Source: Pyrinomonadaceae bacterium (GTDB lineage: Bacteria > Acidobacteriota > Blastocatellia > Pyrinomonadales > Pyrinomonadaceae). Taken from it: 64,000 nucleotides of DNA. Under the pieces are notes generated by a model. The model made no database searches. It saw nothing but the letters and a program-made list of their open reading frames with translations, and was not told the origin of the DNA. Made by a program: the position numbers and the translations under genes. How positions within the stretch are numbered: the stretch's first letter is position 1; the number at the start of each line of letters is the position of its first letter. This document shows positions 16,513 through 24,583 of this stretch, piece by piece. The stretch covers positions 15,676 to 79,675 of the forward strand of contig JBGSWK010000042.1 in assembly GCA_041752475.1 (NCBI GenBank), in the 5' to 3' direction.

Positions 16513-17100
16513 ACCCGAATTACGCAATGGCGGTTCATTTGGCAGATTGGCGAACGGCGTGCCAGTTTAATGCCTTTGCATCGGGCACGTTAAATAATCT
16601 TTTATTTGAGGGTTTATTCACCACATAGGCACAGAGAACACATAGATTTCCAAGAGATTCTATCCGGAATTACGCGTTAGCGGTCGATTCGGCGGATTGG
16701 CGAACGGCGTGAAGGAGAAACGCGGGCTAAATTAGATCCCTTTGCATCAGGCGGTTGAAATTGTGCTTCCGTTGAGTTTTTTCACCACATAGGCACAGAG
16801 AACACATAGATTTCCAAGAGAATTTATCCGGAATTGCGCAATGGCGGTCCATTCGGCAGATTGGCGAACGGCGTGAAGGAGAAACGCGGGCTAAATTAAA
16901 TCCCTTTGCGTCAGGCAGTTGAAATTGTGCTTCCGTTGAGTTTTTTCACCACATAGGATCAGAGAACACATAGATTTCCAAGAGATTCTATCCGGAATTG
17001 CGCAATGGCGGTCCATTCGGCGGATTGGCGAACGGCGTGCCGAAGAAACGCGGGCTAAGTTATATCCTTGTGCATCAGGTAATTGAAATTGTGTTTCTGG
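16513..17100. repeat. Tandem array of a 150-164-bp unit, about 3.7 copies
   Basis: Anchor ATTGGCGAACGGCGTG at 16546, 16696, 16860 and 17014; each unit also carries CCGGAATTRCGC..GGCGG and (3 copies) TTCACCACATAGGCACAGAGAACACATAGATTTCCAAGAG. Confidence 0.85.
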
Positions 17101-17280
17101 AGAGAGAGCTGTTTGCCCACGAAATACGCGAAAAGCGCAAAAAGATATTATTTTCCGCTCGCTCTCGTGTATTTTGGGTGTTTCGCGGGAAAGAAAATCT
17201 CGAAAGTGAAATTTGGGTTTAAGCCGTCGCCCGCAACTTTTGCAGGCAGACGGCTTGTGTTGTTCGCGAAGATGTTTGAA

Positions 17281-17353
<73 letters not shown>

Positions 17354-17409
17354 ATAGCCTAATCAGTTTAGTAAATCGGCCCGAAATCGGCAAATTTCAC
17401 AACGAGATA

Positions 17410-17442
17410 AGGCGGACCGGCGATGAGGTTGCCGGTCCGCCT
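17410..17442 (-). terminator. Hairpin downstream of the GTPase gene
   Basis: aggcggaccggc-gatgaggtt-gccggtccgcct, 12-bp GC-rich stem; only a weak T-run follows on the minus strand. Confidence 0.3.
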
Positions 17443-17582
17443 CGTTCGGGGGGTAGATTCTAACTTCTTGAGATTTTCCGTACTGCTCGGATAAACGAGA
17501 ACCGTGCCAAGATCGGATCATAAAAAACGGTCCGCCGGGAAAGCGCGCCGTTGGCGGAATTTGAAAGAACCGATCTGTCGCG

Positions 17583-18089
17583 TCAGGCTTGATTCGCGGC
17601 GATCATTTTTTCGGCGAGTTTCTGAAACGCTTCTTCGACGCGTTCGCCTGACTTGGCACTCGTACGGAACATTTTCCAACCGAAATTCATCATCTGTTCG
17701 AGTTCGGCCGGAAGAACGTCAAACTGTTCGGTAAGGTCGTTTTTATTGAAAAGAACGATGAACGGCAAGCGCCCGACCTCGCGCTCGACCATCTGCTGAA
17801 TCGAGAACGCGGTCACGAACGTTTCGTGACGAGTCAGATCGACGACGATAAAATAACCCGACGCACCGCGAAGAAACGATGGACGGATCTTGAATTCGGA
17901 GTCTTCGCCCTGAAGGTCCCACAGCAAAAGATTTACGTCTTCGTCGCCTGCACGGACCAGCTTTTTGTCGATCTTCACCCCGATCGTCGAATGATACTTG
18001 TCCGAATAGATGCTTTGCACGAAACGCCGCACAAGACTTGTCTTTCCGACGCCGGTTGCGCCAAGCATACATATTTTCTTCTGAATCAT
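17583..18089 (-). CDS. Ras/Rab-like small GTPase
   Basis: G1 GATGVGKT, G2 STIG, G3 WDLQG, G4 NKND, G5 TSAK; ATG 18089 forms an ATGA overlap with the upstream stop. Confidence 0.85.
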   Translation of the reverse strand: MIQKKICMLGATGVGKTSLVRRFVQSIYSDKYHSTIGVKIDKKLVRAGDEDVNLLLWDLQGEDSEFKIRPSFLRGASGYFIVVDLTRHETFVTAFSIQQMVEREVGRLPFIVLFNKNDLTEQFDVLPAELEQMMNFGWKMFRTSAKSGERVEEAFQKLAEKMIAANQA

Positions 18090-19762
18090 TTTTCTTCCAA
18101 AAGCACCTTGAAACGGACGCCGCACACACCGGTTCCGCCGGCAGTTCCGACGCCGACGGCCTTGAAACTCGAGCTGACGGACTTGAGAAGTTCCGAGCGG
18201 GAGTAAAGTTCCGCAAGGATCTTGTCGGCCCGAGACTGACTGATCTCCGCATTGATCTCGTCGGTTCCGGTCGGGTCGGCGACGCCCTCGATCTCGACCC
18301 GAAAACCGCGCCCGGCGGCCTTCGAGACGCGGTACAGATCTTCAAAACTGGCGATCAACGACGACACGGTTTGAGCCTCGCGATCGAGATAGTCCGTCGA
18401 ACCACACACGAAACGGATATTCTCCGATTCGATCGCGCGCTTCAGCGATTCGAAACCGACCTGAAACGATTTTACACCGTTGAGCACGGGGGCGAATCTG
18501 CGGGATTCGTCGAACCACGTCCGTGGCGCATCGCCGTCGGCGAATAAGATTCCGTTTTCGTACGATAGCGTAACCCCTGCGGGCGGAACGAGCAAGCGCC
18601 GCGCGCGTTCCAGAACGAACGGCGTCGCGTTGTCCTGAAACGGTTTCCATATCTGTTGAACGTCGTCAGCGTCGAGCCGATACTCGGCGCGGATCGCTTC
18701 GGGATCGGCGGCGAGTTCGTCGCGCAGGCCGGAAATCGAATGCGTGAAAAACCCGCGTTCGGCTTCTGCCACGACAAATCCGGGTTCGCTTTTCAAGCGC
18801 GAAACGAACCCTGACCAACGCCAGTAGTCGCGAATCCAAAAGAACCCGAGAACGAGTGCCGCGACCAAAACAAGACCCGCAACTGCATTGAGCGGCGTCA
18901 GCGGCCCGCGTTTTTCATTCGCGCCGCTTCCGAGCTGAACCTGCAGACATCGTTCGAGCGTCGGGCGCGACCGTTCGAAAACGGATGCGTCGCCGCTGAA
19001 ATCGCGAAACTCGTTCTCAAAATCGAACTGAACCTGTTCGATCGCCTCGAGAAGCGACTCGCGCAGAGATAGCGGAGCATTGCCGCGAATGACCGCCGCC
19101 AGTATCGAATCGGGACCGTACTCGATCCAGACCGAAAGGTCGCGGACCTTCAACGCGTCGAGCGTCGCGTCATCCGAAGATTTGAACGAATCGTGGACAA
19201 AATCCTGAATCGCCGTGAGCATCGCCGACACCATATCGCCGTCTTCGGTCGCAGCCGGATCGAGCGACACGTGTTGGAGCAGAATGCCCGTGTCCTTGTG
19301 AATCAGGAACACCTGCTCAACGCGGAAAAGCAGCGTGTTCAGCATCACGACCTCGCCGAACGGCCTTCCGGTCCGCATCGCCTCGAGCCGCCACTTCAGG
19401 CCTTTCGGCGAAAAACTATGTTCAAGGGTCTGGTTGAGCGACTGCACCATCTGGCCGAGCGCTTCGGCGATCGCTTTGCGGATCGCGGGACCGATTATCG
19501 GAAATATCGCCTCGGCGAGAATGCGCGGATTTCGGCGGGCCGACTGCTTGATGTTCTGTTCGACGACGGGAAGCGTCGCCTCGGCGAGTTGGTTGTCGCG
19601 CCGCGCGCTTTTCCTGAGGGCCGACGGAAGTACTTCGCTGACGCTTTCGGACTGGACCAGGATCCGGCGAAGCTCGATCAACTCGTTCTCCGAACCACCG
19701 GCGCCGGAAGACAATTCTGGCGTGTCGGGAAAACCGTCGGGATTGTCGACGCGGTCAGGCAT
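18086..19762 (-). CDS. Bitopic membrane protein: cytoplasmic Roadblock/LC7-like region, one TM helix, C-terminal OmpA/MotB-like domain
   Basis: TM LNAVAGLVLVAALVLGFFWI near residue 300; C-terminus VEIEGVADPTGTDEINAEISQSRADKILAEL resembles the OmpA-like peptidoglycan-binding signature; VEQVFLIHKDTGILLQHVS...MVSAMLTAIQDFV...VWIEYGPDSILAAVIRG looks Roadblock-like (by eye only). Confidence 0.65.
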   Translation of the reverse strand: MPDRVDNPDGFPDTPELSSGAGGSENELIELRRILVQSESVSEVLPSALRKSARRDNQLAEATLPVVEQNIKQSARRNPRILAEAIFPIIGPAIRKAIAEALGQMVQSLNQTLEHSFSPKGLKWRLEAMRTGRPFGEVVMLNTLLFRVEQVFLIHKDTGILLQHVSLDPAATEDGDMVSAMLTAIQDFVHDSFKSSDDATLDALKVRDLSVWIEYGPDSILAAVIRGNAPLSLRESLLEAIEQVQFDFENEFRDFSGDASVFERSRPTLERCLQVQLGSGANEKRGPLTPLNAVAGLVLVAALVLGFFWIRDYWRWSGFVSRLKSEPGFVVAEAERGFFTHSISGLRDELAADPEAIRAEYRLDADDVQQIWKPFQDNATPFVLERARRLLVPPAGVTLSYENGILFADGDAPRTWFDESRRFAPVLNGVKSFQVGFESLKRAIESENIRFVCGSTDYLDREAQTVSSLIASFEDLYRVSKAAGRGFRVEIEGVADPTGTDEINAEISQSRADKILAELYSRSELLKSVSSSFKAVGVGTAGGTGVCGVRFKVLLEEK

Positions 19763-19864
19763 TTGGATTTTGGAATCGGGATTTGTGATTTGTGATTTCC
19801 GCTAGCCGATACAGAATTACCGGACTTAAATTCCGAAATCGCCAATCCCGAATCCCAAATACTC
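19763..19864. repeat. Intercistronic GGATTT/AAATCC element between two minus-strand genes
   Basis: Minus-strand sense: TAG-GAGTATTTGGGATTCGGGATTGGCGATTTCGGAATTT ... GGAAATCACAAATCACAAATCCCGATTCCAAAATCCAA-ATG; about 21 of 28 aligned arm positions are complementary. Confidence 0.7.
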
Positions 19865-20419
19865 CTAATCTGTCTCCGGAAGATTGAAGTCGTTGGTCAA
19901 ACGCATCGCCATTTCGGTAAACAGTTCGGCCAACGCGGTTCGATCAGCCTTGTCCTCGCGGATTTCGGACGACTCGCGGTCGAGCGATCCGAGCATCTCG
20001 GCGTGCCGTTTCTGGATCTCGTCCGAAAGGTTTTTCGATTGGCTCAAAAGCTGTTGGCGCAGATCGCTCTCCGATTTCGCAGCCTGTTCGTTGATCGTCG
20101 CGACATTCTTGTCGAGGTGATGCGAAATATCCTTGAGGCCGTCCGAAAGCGACCGAACGGCGTCGGTCCGCGCGTTTTGCTCGCCGACAAGGCGGTCGGC
20201 GAGCGACTTCACCTCGCCTTTCATAAATTCCTCAAGAGCGTCGAGTTTCTTCCGCGTTTCGTCGCGCATATCGGAGATGTCCTTTGAAAGGCGCTCTTCC
20301 ATACGTGCAAATCGGCGTTCGATATCGCGTGATTGCGAACCGAACAAAATATCTCTGATCTTGTCGATGTTACCGTCTTCAGCGGCTTCCGAACCGGCTT
20401 TCTTTTTTTCGGGTTTCAT
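19865..20419 (-). CDS. Coiled-coil protein, unknown function
   Basis: 184 aa, heptad-like charged sequence throughout (RMEERLSKDISDMRDETRKKLDALEEFMKGEVKSL...); ATGA overlap with the kinase stop. Confidence 0.6.
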   Translation of the reverse strand: MKPEKKKAGSEAAEDGNIDKIRDILFGSQSRDIERRFARMEERLSKDISDMRDETRKKLDALEEFMKGEVKSLADRLVGEQNARTDAVRSLSDGLKDISHHLDKNVATINEQAAKSESDLRQQLLSQSKNLSDEIQKRHAEMLGSLDRESSEIREDKADRTALAELFTEMAMRLTNDFNLPETD

Positions 20420-22359
20420 ATGTTTACAGCTATTTGGGCCCTTATCTCATTGAATTTACGACTTAATCGCGCAACCGGCTCGGAGACGTCGGCCGCTGAA
20501 CCGGCGGCGAGCTCAAGCTCGGCGCACAGATCCGCCATCATTGACAATCCGACGTTTGCGCTGCTTCCCTTAAGCGTGTGAGCGCGACGCCCGACCAAAT
20601 TCAGATCGCCGCTGGCGGCATCTTTTTCGATCTTCGATATCTCGTCTCCTGCAAATCGAAAATACGTCCCGAATATTTCCTCTACAAAATTCGTTTCGCC
20701 GCGCGATTCAATCGCAGAGAAATTCTCCAAGACCTTGGGGGTAACGTGTTTAGTGATGAAATGTTGAAGCAAATCCGGCTTCAAGTCAAGATTTGATGAC
20801 CCGAAAAAGTCGCCGCAGTATTTCTCCAAAGTGCGCAGCAGACTGTCGCCGGTCAGCGGTTTGCAGAGAAAGTCGTCCATTCCGGCGGCGATGCACTTGT
20901 CTCTTTCGATCTCTTCGGCGTGCGCCGACAACGCGATTATTGCGGTTGAACGGTTTCGCGTCGATGAATCACGGATCATCCGCGTTGCCGCATAGCCGTC
21001 AACTTCGGGCATCTGGCAGTCCATCAGGATCAGGTCAAAATCGCGCGCCGCGGCAAGTTCGACCCCTTTCGCGCCGTTCTCCGCGACCGTGACCCGGCAT
21101 CCGTTCAGTTCAAGCATTTTCCGTATAATCTCGGAACTGATCAGGTTGTCTTCCACCAACAGGACTCGAATCGAGTTCGCCGGCGTTTCGGAAACGTGAA
21201 TGTCGCCTGCATCGCTCAAACCGGGTGCCAGCGGCACCGTGAACCAAAATCTTGCCCCTTCGCCGGGCGAGCTTTCGACACCAATCCCGCCGCCCATCAA
21301 TTCAACAAGTTCCCGCGATATCGCCAGTCCGAGACCCGTTCCTCCGAATTTGCGTGTCGATGAGATGTCACCCTGCGTGAACGGCCGAAACAGCGCATTG
21401 ATCTGCCCCTCACCGATACCGATTCCGGTGTCCGCAACCTCGAATCGGATAAGGCCGCTCCCCGGCTCCGTCGGCGCGACGGTGACCCGGACCGACCCGT
21501 GCGACGTGAACTTGACGGCGTTGCTGATCAGGTTGTTCAGGATCTGCCTCAACCGTCCCGCATCGCCGAGATAGCTTTTGGCGATGTCCCGGGCGAATTC
21601 CGCCTCGAGCGCGAGTCCCTTCGCCTCGGCGCTCGAGCGAAACAGATTCAGCGTTTCACCGACGAGTTCCCGAAGTTCGAACGCCTCGCAACGGAGCCGC
21701 ACCTTGCCGGCCTCCAGCTTGGAAAAGTCCAAAATATCGTTGACCGTTTCCAGCAGCGATGCGATGCTCTGCTTCAGCATCCCGACATAGTTCAACTGTT
21801 CGTCGGTGAGCTCAGTTTCGCCGAGTAAATTTGCGGTGCCGACGATACCGCTGAGCGGGGTGCGGATCTCGTGGCTGACATTGGCGAGGAACGCGGCCTT
21901 CGTTCGGGCCGACTCGAGCGCGGCATCACGGGCCTCGGACAGGTCCTGTTCGAACTCGCGCCGCTGCGAGACATCCTGAAAACTGACTGCGGCGCCGCAA
22001 ATCTCGCCGGCTTCGATGATCGGCGTGCAGACATATTCGACGAACACGTCCGCGCCGTCTGCTCGCACGAAAACGCCGTCGCGCACGTGCGATGCGGTGC
22101 CTTCGGTAAGCGCGAACTGAACCGGACAAACGGCAAGTTCCTGTTCCGATTTTGTCTTGTCCGTTTTGAAGAACGTGAGATCGTAGGGATTTCCGAGGAT
22201 ATCAGCAGCTGCGGTCCCGAGCATTCGCGACGCCGAGTCGTTGACAAAGACAATCGTCCGCGAGCGATCGATGATCGCGACGCCTTCTAGAAGTGACTCG
22301 AGGATCAAATCGTTCAGAGATTCGCGGCCCGAAAGAATTTTTCCGATCACCGGGTTCAT
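20416..22359 (-). CDS. Hybrid sensor histidine kinase (PAS, HisKA, HATPase_c, REC, HPt)
   Basis: H-box SHEIRTPL, N-box NLISNAVKFT, DTGIGI and GGTGLGLAIS, receiver LILMDCQMPEVDG, C-terminal HPt AHTLKGSSANVG. Confidence 0.9.
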   Translation of the reverse strand: MNPVIGKILSGRESLNDLILESLLEGVAIIDRSRTIVFVNDSASRMLGTAAADILGNPYDLTFFKTDKTKSEQELAVCPVQFALTEGTASHVRDGVFVRADGADVFVEYVCTPIIEAGEICGAAVSFQDVSQRREFEQDLSEARDAALESARTKAAFLANVSHEIRTPLSGIVGTANLLGETELTDEQLNYVGMLKQSIASLLETVNDILDFSKLEAGKVRLRCEAFELRELVGETLNLFRSSAEAKGLALEAEFARDIAKSYLGDAGRLRQILNNLISNAVKFTSHGSVRVTVAPTEPGSGLIRFEVADTGIGIGEGQINALFRPFTQGDISSTRKFGGTGLGLAISRELVELMGGGIGVESSPGEGARFWFTVPLAPGLSDAGDIHVSETPANSIRVLLVEDNLISSEIIRKMLELNGCRVTVAENGAKGVELAAARDFDLILMDCQMPEVDGYAATRMIRDSSTRNRSTAIIALSAHAEEIERDKCIAAGMDDFLCKPLTGDSLLRTLEKYCGDFFGSSNLDLKPDLLQHFITKHVTPKVLENFSAIESRGETNFVEEIFGTYFRFAGDEISKIEKDAASGDLNLVGRRAHTLKGSSANVGLSMMADLCAELELAAGSAADVSEPVARLSRKFNEIRAQIAVNI

Positions 22360-22400
22360 AGTTCAATTTACGATAGCCGTTCAACCCGGATTCTGCAATG

Positions 22401-22585
22401 GAAAAATTGCCCGCTAATTTCCGCGGATCCGCGGGAATAAGATTCTGTCCAAACCCGCACGGGCAAACCGCTTTTCAACAGTTTGGCCGGTCCAGTGGCC
22501 CAATTTCAAGACCCCGCTTCTTTCGCAGCGCTTTGGACCAGATTTCCCTTCGCGCGGATTCGCGGAAATTAGCGGGCAAAATTTC
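22401..22585. repeat. About 185-bp MITE-like element with about 35-bp terminal inverted repeats
   Basis: ttgcccgctaatttccgcg (22407-22425) is the exact reverse complement of cgcggaaattagcgggcaa (22561-22579); flanking bases extend the match imperfectly; no coding capacity. Confidence 0.5.
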
Positions 22586-22666
22586 GATATTGCGCAATTT
22601 GGGTTGAAAGGCGTACTTGAAGAGAAACGCGCAACACGCTTTGATATTCGAACGGTCTGCAAATCG

Positions 22667-23323
22667 CTAAAGCGCTGCAAAAGCGTCGTTTCCGGTCGGA
22701 TTGTGGAGATGGCGGGTGTCGTTGATGGCAAGGACGCGGACGTTGTTCCGGCCGCGGATCTCGAAGCGGTTGATCCCGCAGTTCGAAGTCACGAGCCACG
22801 GGGTTTGTTTCGTAAAGCGGTTGATCGCACCGATCATCTGAAGCGTCAAAAAGCAGATCGCCCCGGTATGCGAGAAAACGGCGACCCGTTCGCCGCGGTG
22901 CGCGTCGATGATCTGGCCGAGTTCACGATTTGCACGCCGCAGCAAGTGCCGGTAACTCTCGCCCTTGGTAATCGTGTGATTGATGTTTCGGTTGACGAGG
23001 GCGTAGTAGTCGTCCGGGTGCAGCTCCTTCGATTCGTCGAAAGTAAGTCCTTCGAGGACGCCGACGTGACGCTCGCGAAAGGCAGGTGTTTGAATGATCG
23101 GAAGGCCGAGCAGGTCGGCGAGCGGTTGTGCCGTCTGAACGGCCCGAAGCAGATCGCTTGAATAGATCGCGTCGATCCGTTCCCGAGCGAGCGCTTCGGC
23201 GGTCGTGGTTGCCTGTTGAAACCCTAGATCAGACAAAGGTGTCGCCGAATGGCCGCCGAAGCGTCCTTCGGCGTTGCCGGCTGATTGGCCGTGTCTGATG
23301 AGATAAAGTCGGGTTACTCGCAT
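22667..23323 (-). CDS. Histidine phosphatase family protein (phosphoglycerate mutase-like)
   Basis: LIRHGQSAGN RHG motif at the N-terminus, FSHTGAI second His region; start at ATG 23323. Confidence 0.8.
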   Translation of the reverse strand: MRVTRLYLIRHGQSAGNAEGRFGGHSATPLSDLGFQQATTTAEALARERIDAIYSSDLLRAVQTAQPLADLLGLPIIQTPAFRERHVGVLEGLTFDESKELHPDDYYALVNRNINHTITKGESYRHLLRRANRELGQIIDAHRGERVAVFSHTGAICFLTLQMIGAINRFTKQTPWLVTSNCGINRFEIRGRNNVRVLAINDTRHLHNPTGNDAFAAL

Positions 23324-23417
23324 TTTGGAATTCGAATTGGGGATTCGCGACTTCGGATTGTCCGTGACAACATTGGCCCAACAAACTCCGAAATCGCCAA
23401 TCACAAATCCTAAATTG
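23324..23417. repeat. Intercistronic GGATTT/AAATCC element between prfA and the phosphatase gene
   Basis: Minus-strand sense: TAA-CAATTTAGGATTTGTGATTGGCGATTTCGGAGTTTG ... CAATCCGAAGTCGCGAATCCCCAATTCGAATTCCAAA-ATG; one arm is about 24/29 identical to the arm at 19833-19861. Confidence 0.7.
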
Positions 23418-24494
23418 TTAGGCTGCTTTCACTTCGGCCTTCAGCTTCTCGGTTTGATAATGGGTTGTCAGGCCGTTGATAAACTCGTCAAGCGCGCCTT
23501 CCATAACCAGATCAAGCTGATAGACCGTCAGGCCAATGCGGTGGTCCGAAACGCGGTTTTCCTTAAAGTTATAGGTTCGGATCTTCTCCGAACGGTCGCC
23601 GCTGCCGACCATCGATTTGCGTTCCGCTGAAAGCGCGTCGTGTTGCTTCTGTTCTTCGAGTTCCTGCAGACGCGCGCGCAGGATGCGCATCGCCTTCTCT
23701 TTGTTCTTGATCTGCGATTTTTCATCCTGCATCGAAACCACGACGTTGGTCGGTAAATGCGTCAGTCGAACGGCAGAATATGTCGTGTTGACAGACTGCC
23801 CGCCCGGACCGCTCGAACAGAAATAGTCGACACGGAGGTCCTTCGGATCGACCTGAACATCGACTTCCTCCGCTTCCGGAAGCACGGCGACGGTGATCGC
23901 CGAAGTGTGAACCCGTCCAGCCGTTTCCGTCGCCGGTACACGCTGAACGCGGTGGACGCCCGATTCGTACCGCATCTTCGAATACACTCGCTCGCCTTCG
24001 ATCACGGCCGATGCTTCCTTGATCCCGCCGACGCCGGTTTCCGAGGCTTCAAGAATCTCAAACTTCCAGCCTTGGCGTTCGGCGTAGCGCGCGTACATCC
24101 TCAAAACTTCCGCCGCGAACAACGTCGCTTCGTCACCGCCCGTTCCGGCGCGGATCTCGACGATAACGTTTTTCTCGTCGTTCGGATCTTTCGGAAGCAG
24201 CAATACCTTTAGTTCTTCCTCCGCGCGCGGAAGTTTTTCCTCGATCTCGGCGATCTCCATCTGCGCCATTTCGCGCATTTCGTCGTCGTCGGCCGCGTCT
24301 AAAAGCTCGCGCGCGCCCGCGACTCCCTGGATCATCTTCTTGACCTCACGGTACTTTTCAACGATCTCGCCGAGCGAGCGATGCTGTTTCATCAGCTTCG
24401 TGTACGCAGCGATGTCGGAAGTGACATCCGGCGCCGAAAGCTGCTCGGTGATCTCTTCGTAATTCCTTTCGATCTGTTCCAGTTTTTCTAACAT
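23418..24494 (-). CDS. prfA: Peptide chain release factor 1
   Basis: GGQ motif ([11 protein letters not shown]) and RF1-specific PAT tripeptide ([10 protein letters not shown]). Confidence 0.95.
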   Translation of the reverse strand: MLEKLEQIERNYEEITEQLSAPDVTSDIAAYTKLMKQHRSLGEIVEKYREVKKMIQGVAGARELLDAADDDEMREMAQMEIAEIEEKLPRAEEELKVLLLPKDPNDEKNVIVEIRAGTGGDEATLFAAEVLRMYARYAERQGWKFEILEASETGVGGIKEASAVIEGERVYSKMRYESGVHRVQRVPATETAGRVHTSAITVAVLPEAEEVDVQVDPKDLRVDYFCSSGPGGQSVNTTYSAVRLTHLPTNVVVSMQDEKSQIKNKEKAMRILRARLQELEEQKQHDALSAERKSMVGSGDRSEKIRTYNFKENRVSDHRIGLTVYQLDLVMEGALDEFINGLTTHYQTEKLKAEVKAA

Positions 24495-24503
24495 TTCTTG
24501 TTT

Positions 24504-24553
24504 GGAGTTCCGCCTTCAGGCGGCATCGGTTCGGAGTTCCGCCTTCAGGCGGC
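24504..24553. repeat. 2 x GGAGTTCCGCCTTCAGGCGGC at 29-nt spacing
   Basis: Copies at 24504-24524 and 24533-24553; each has a CCGCC-TTCA-GGCGG hairpin. Confidence 0.75.
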
Positions 24554-24583
24554 GGCCGTGTGAACGCGGAACCCGAAGCGAAA

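Noticed and set aside
22398-22799. Short ORFs (69, 105 and 76 aa) in the kinase-phosphatase spacer
   Set aside because: They lie inside or across the inverted-repeat element, have no ribosome-binding context and are mutually overlapping on both strands.
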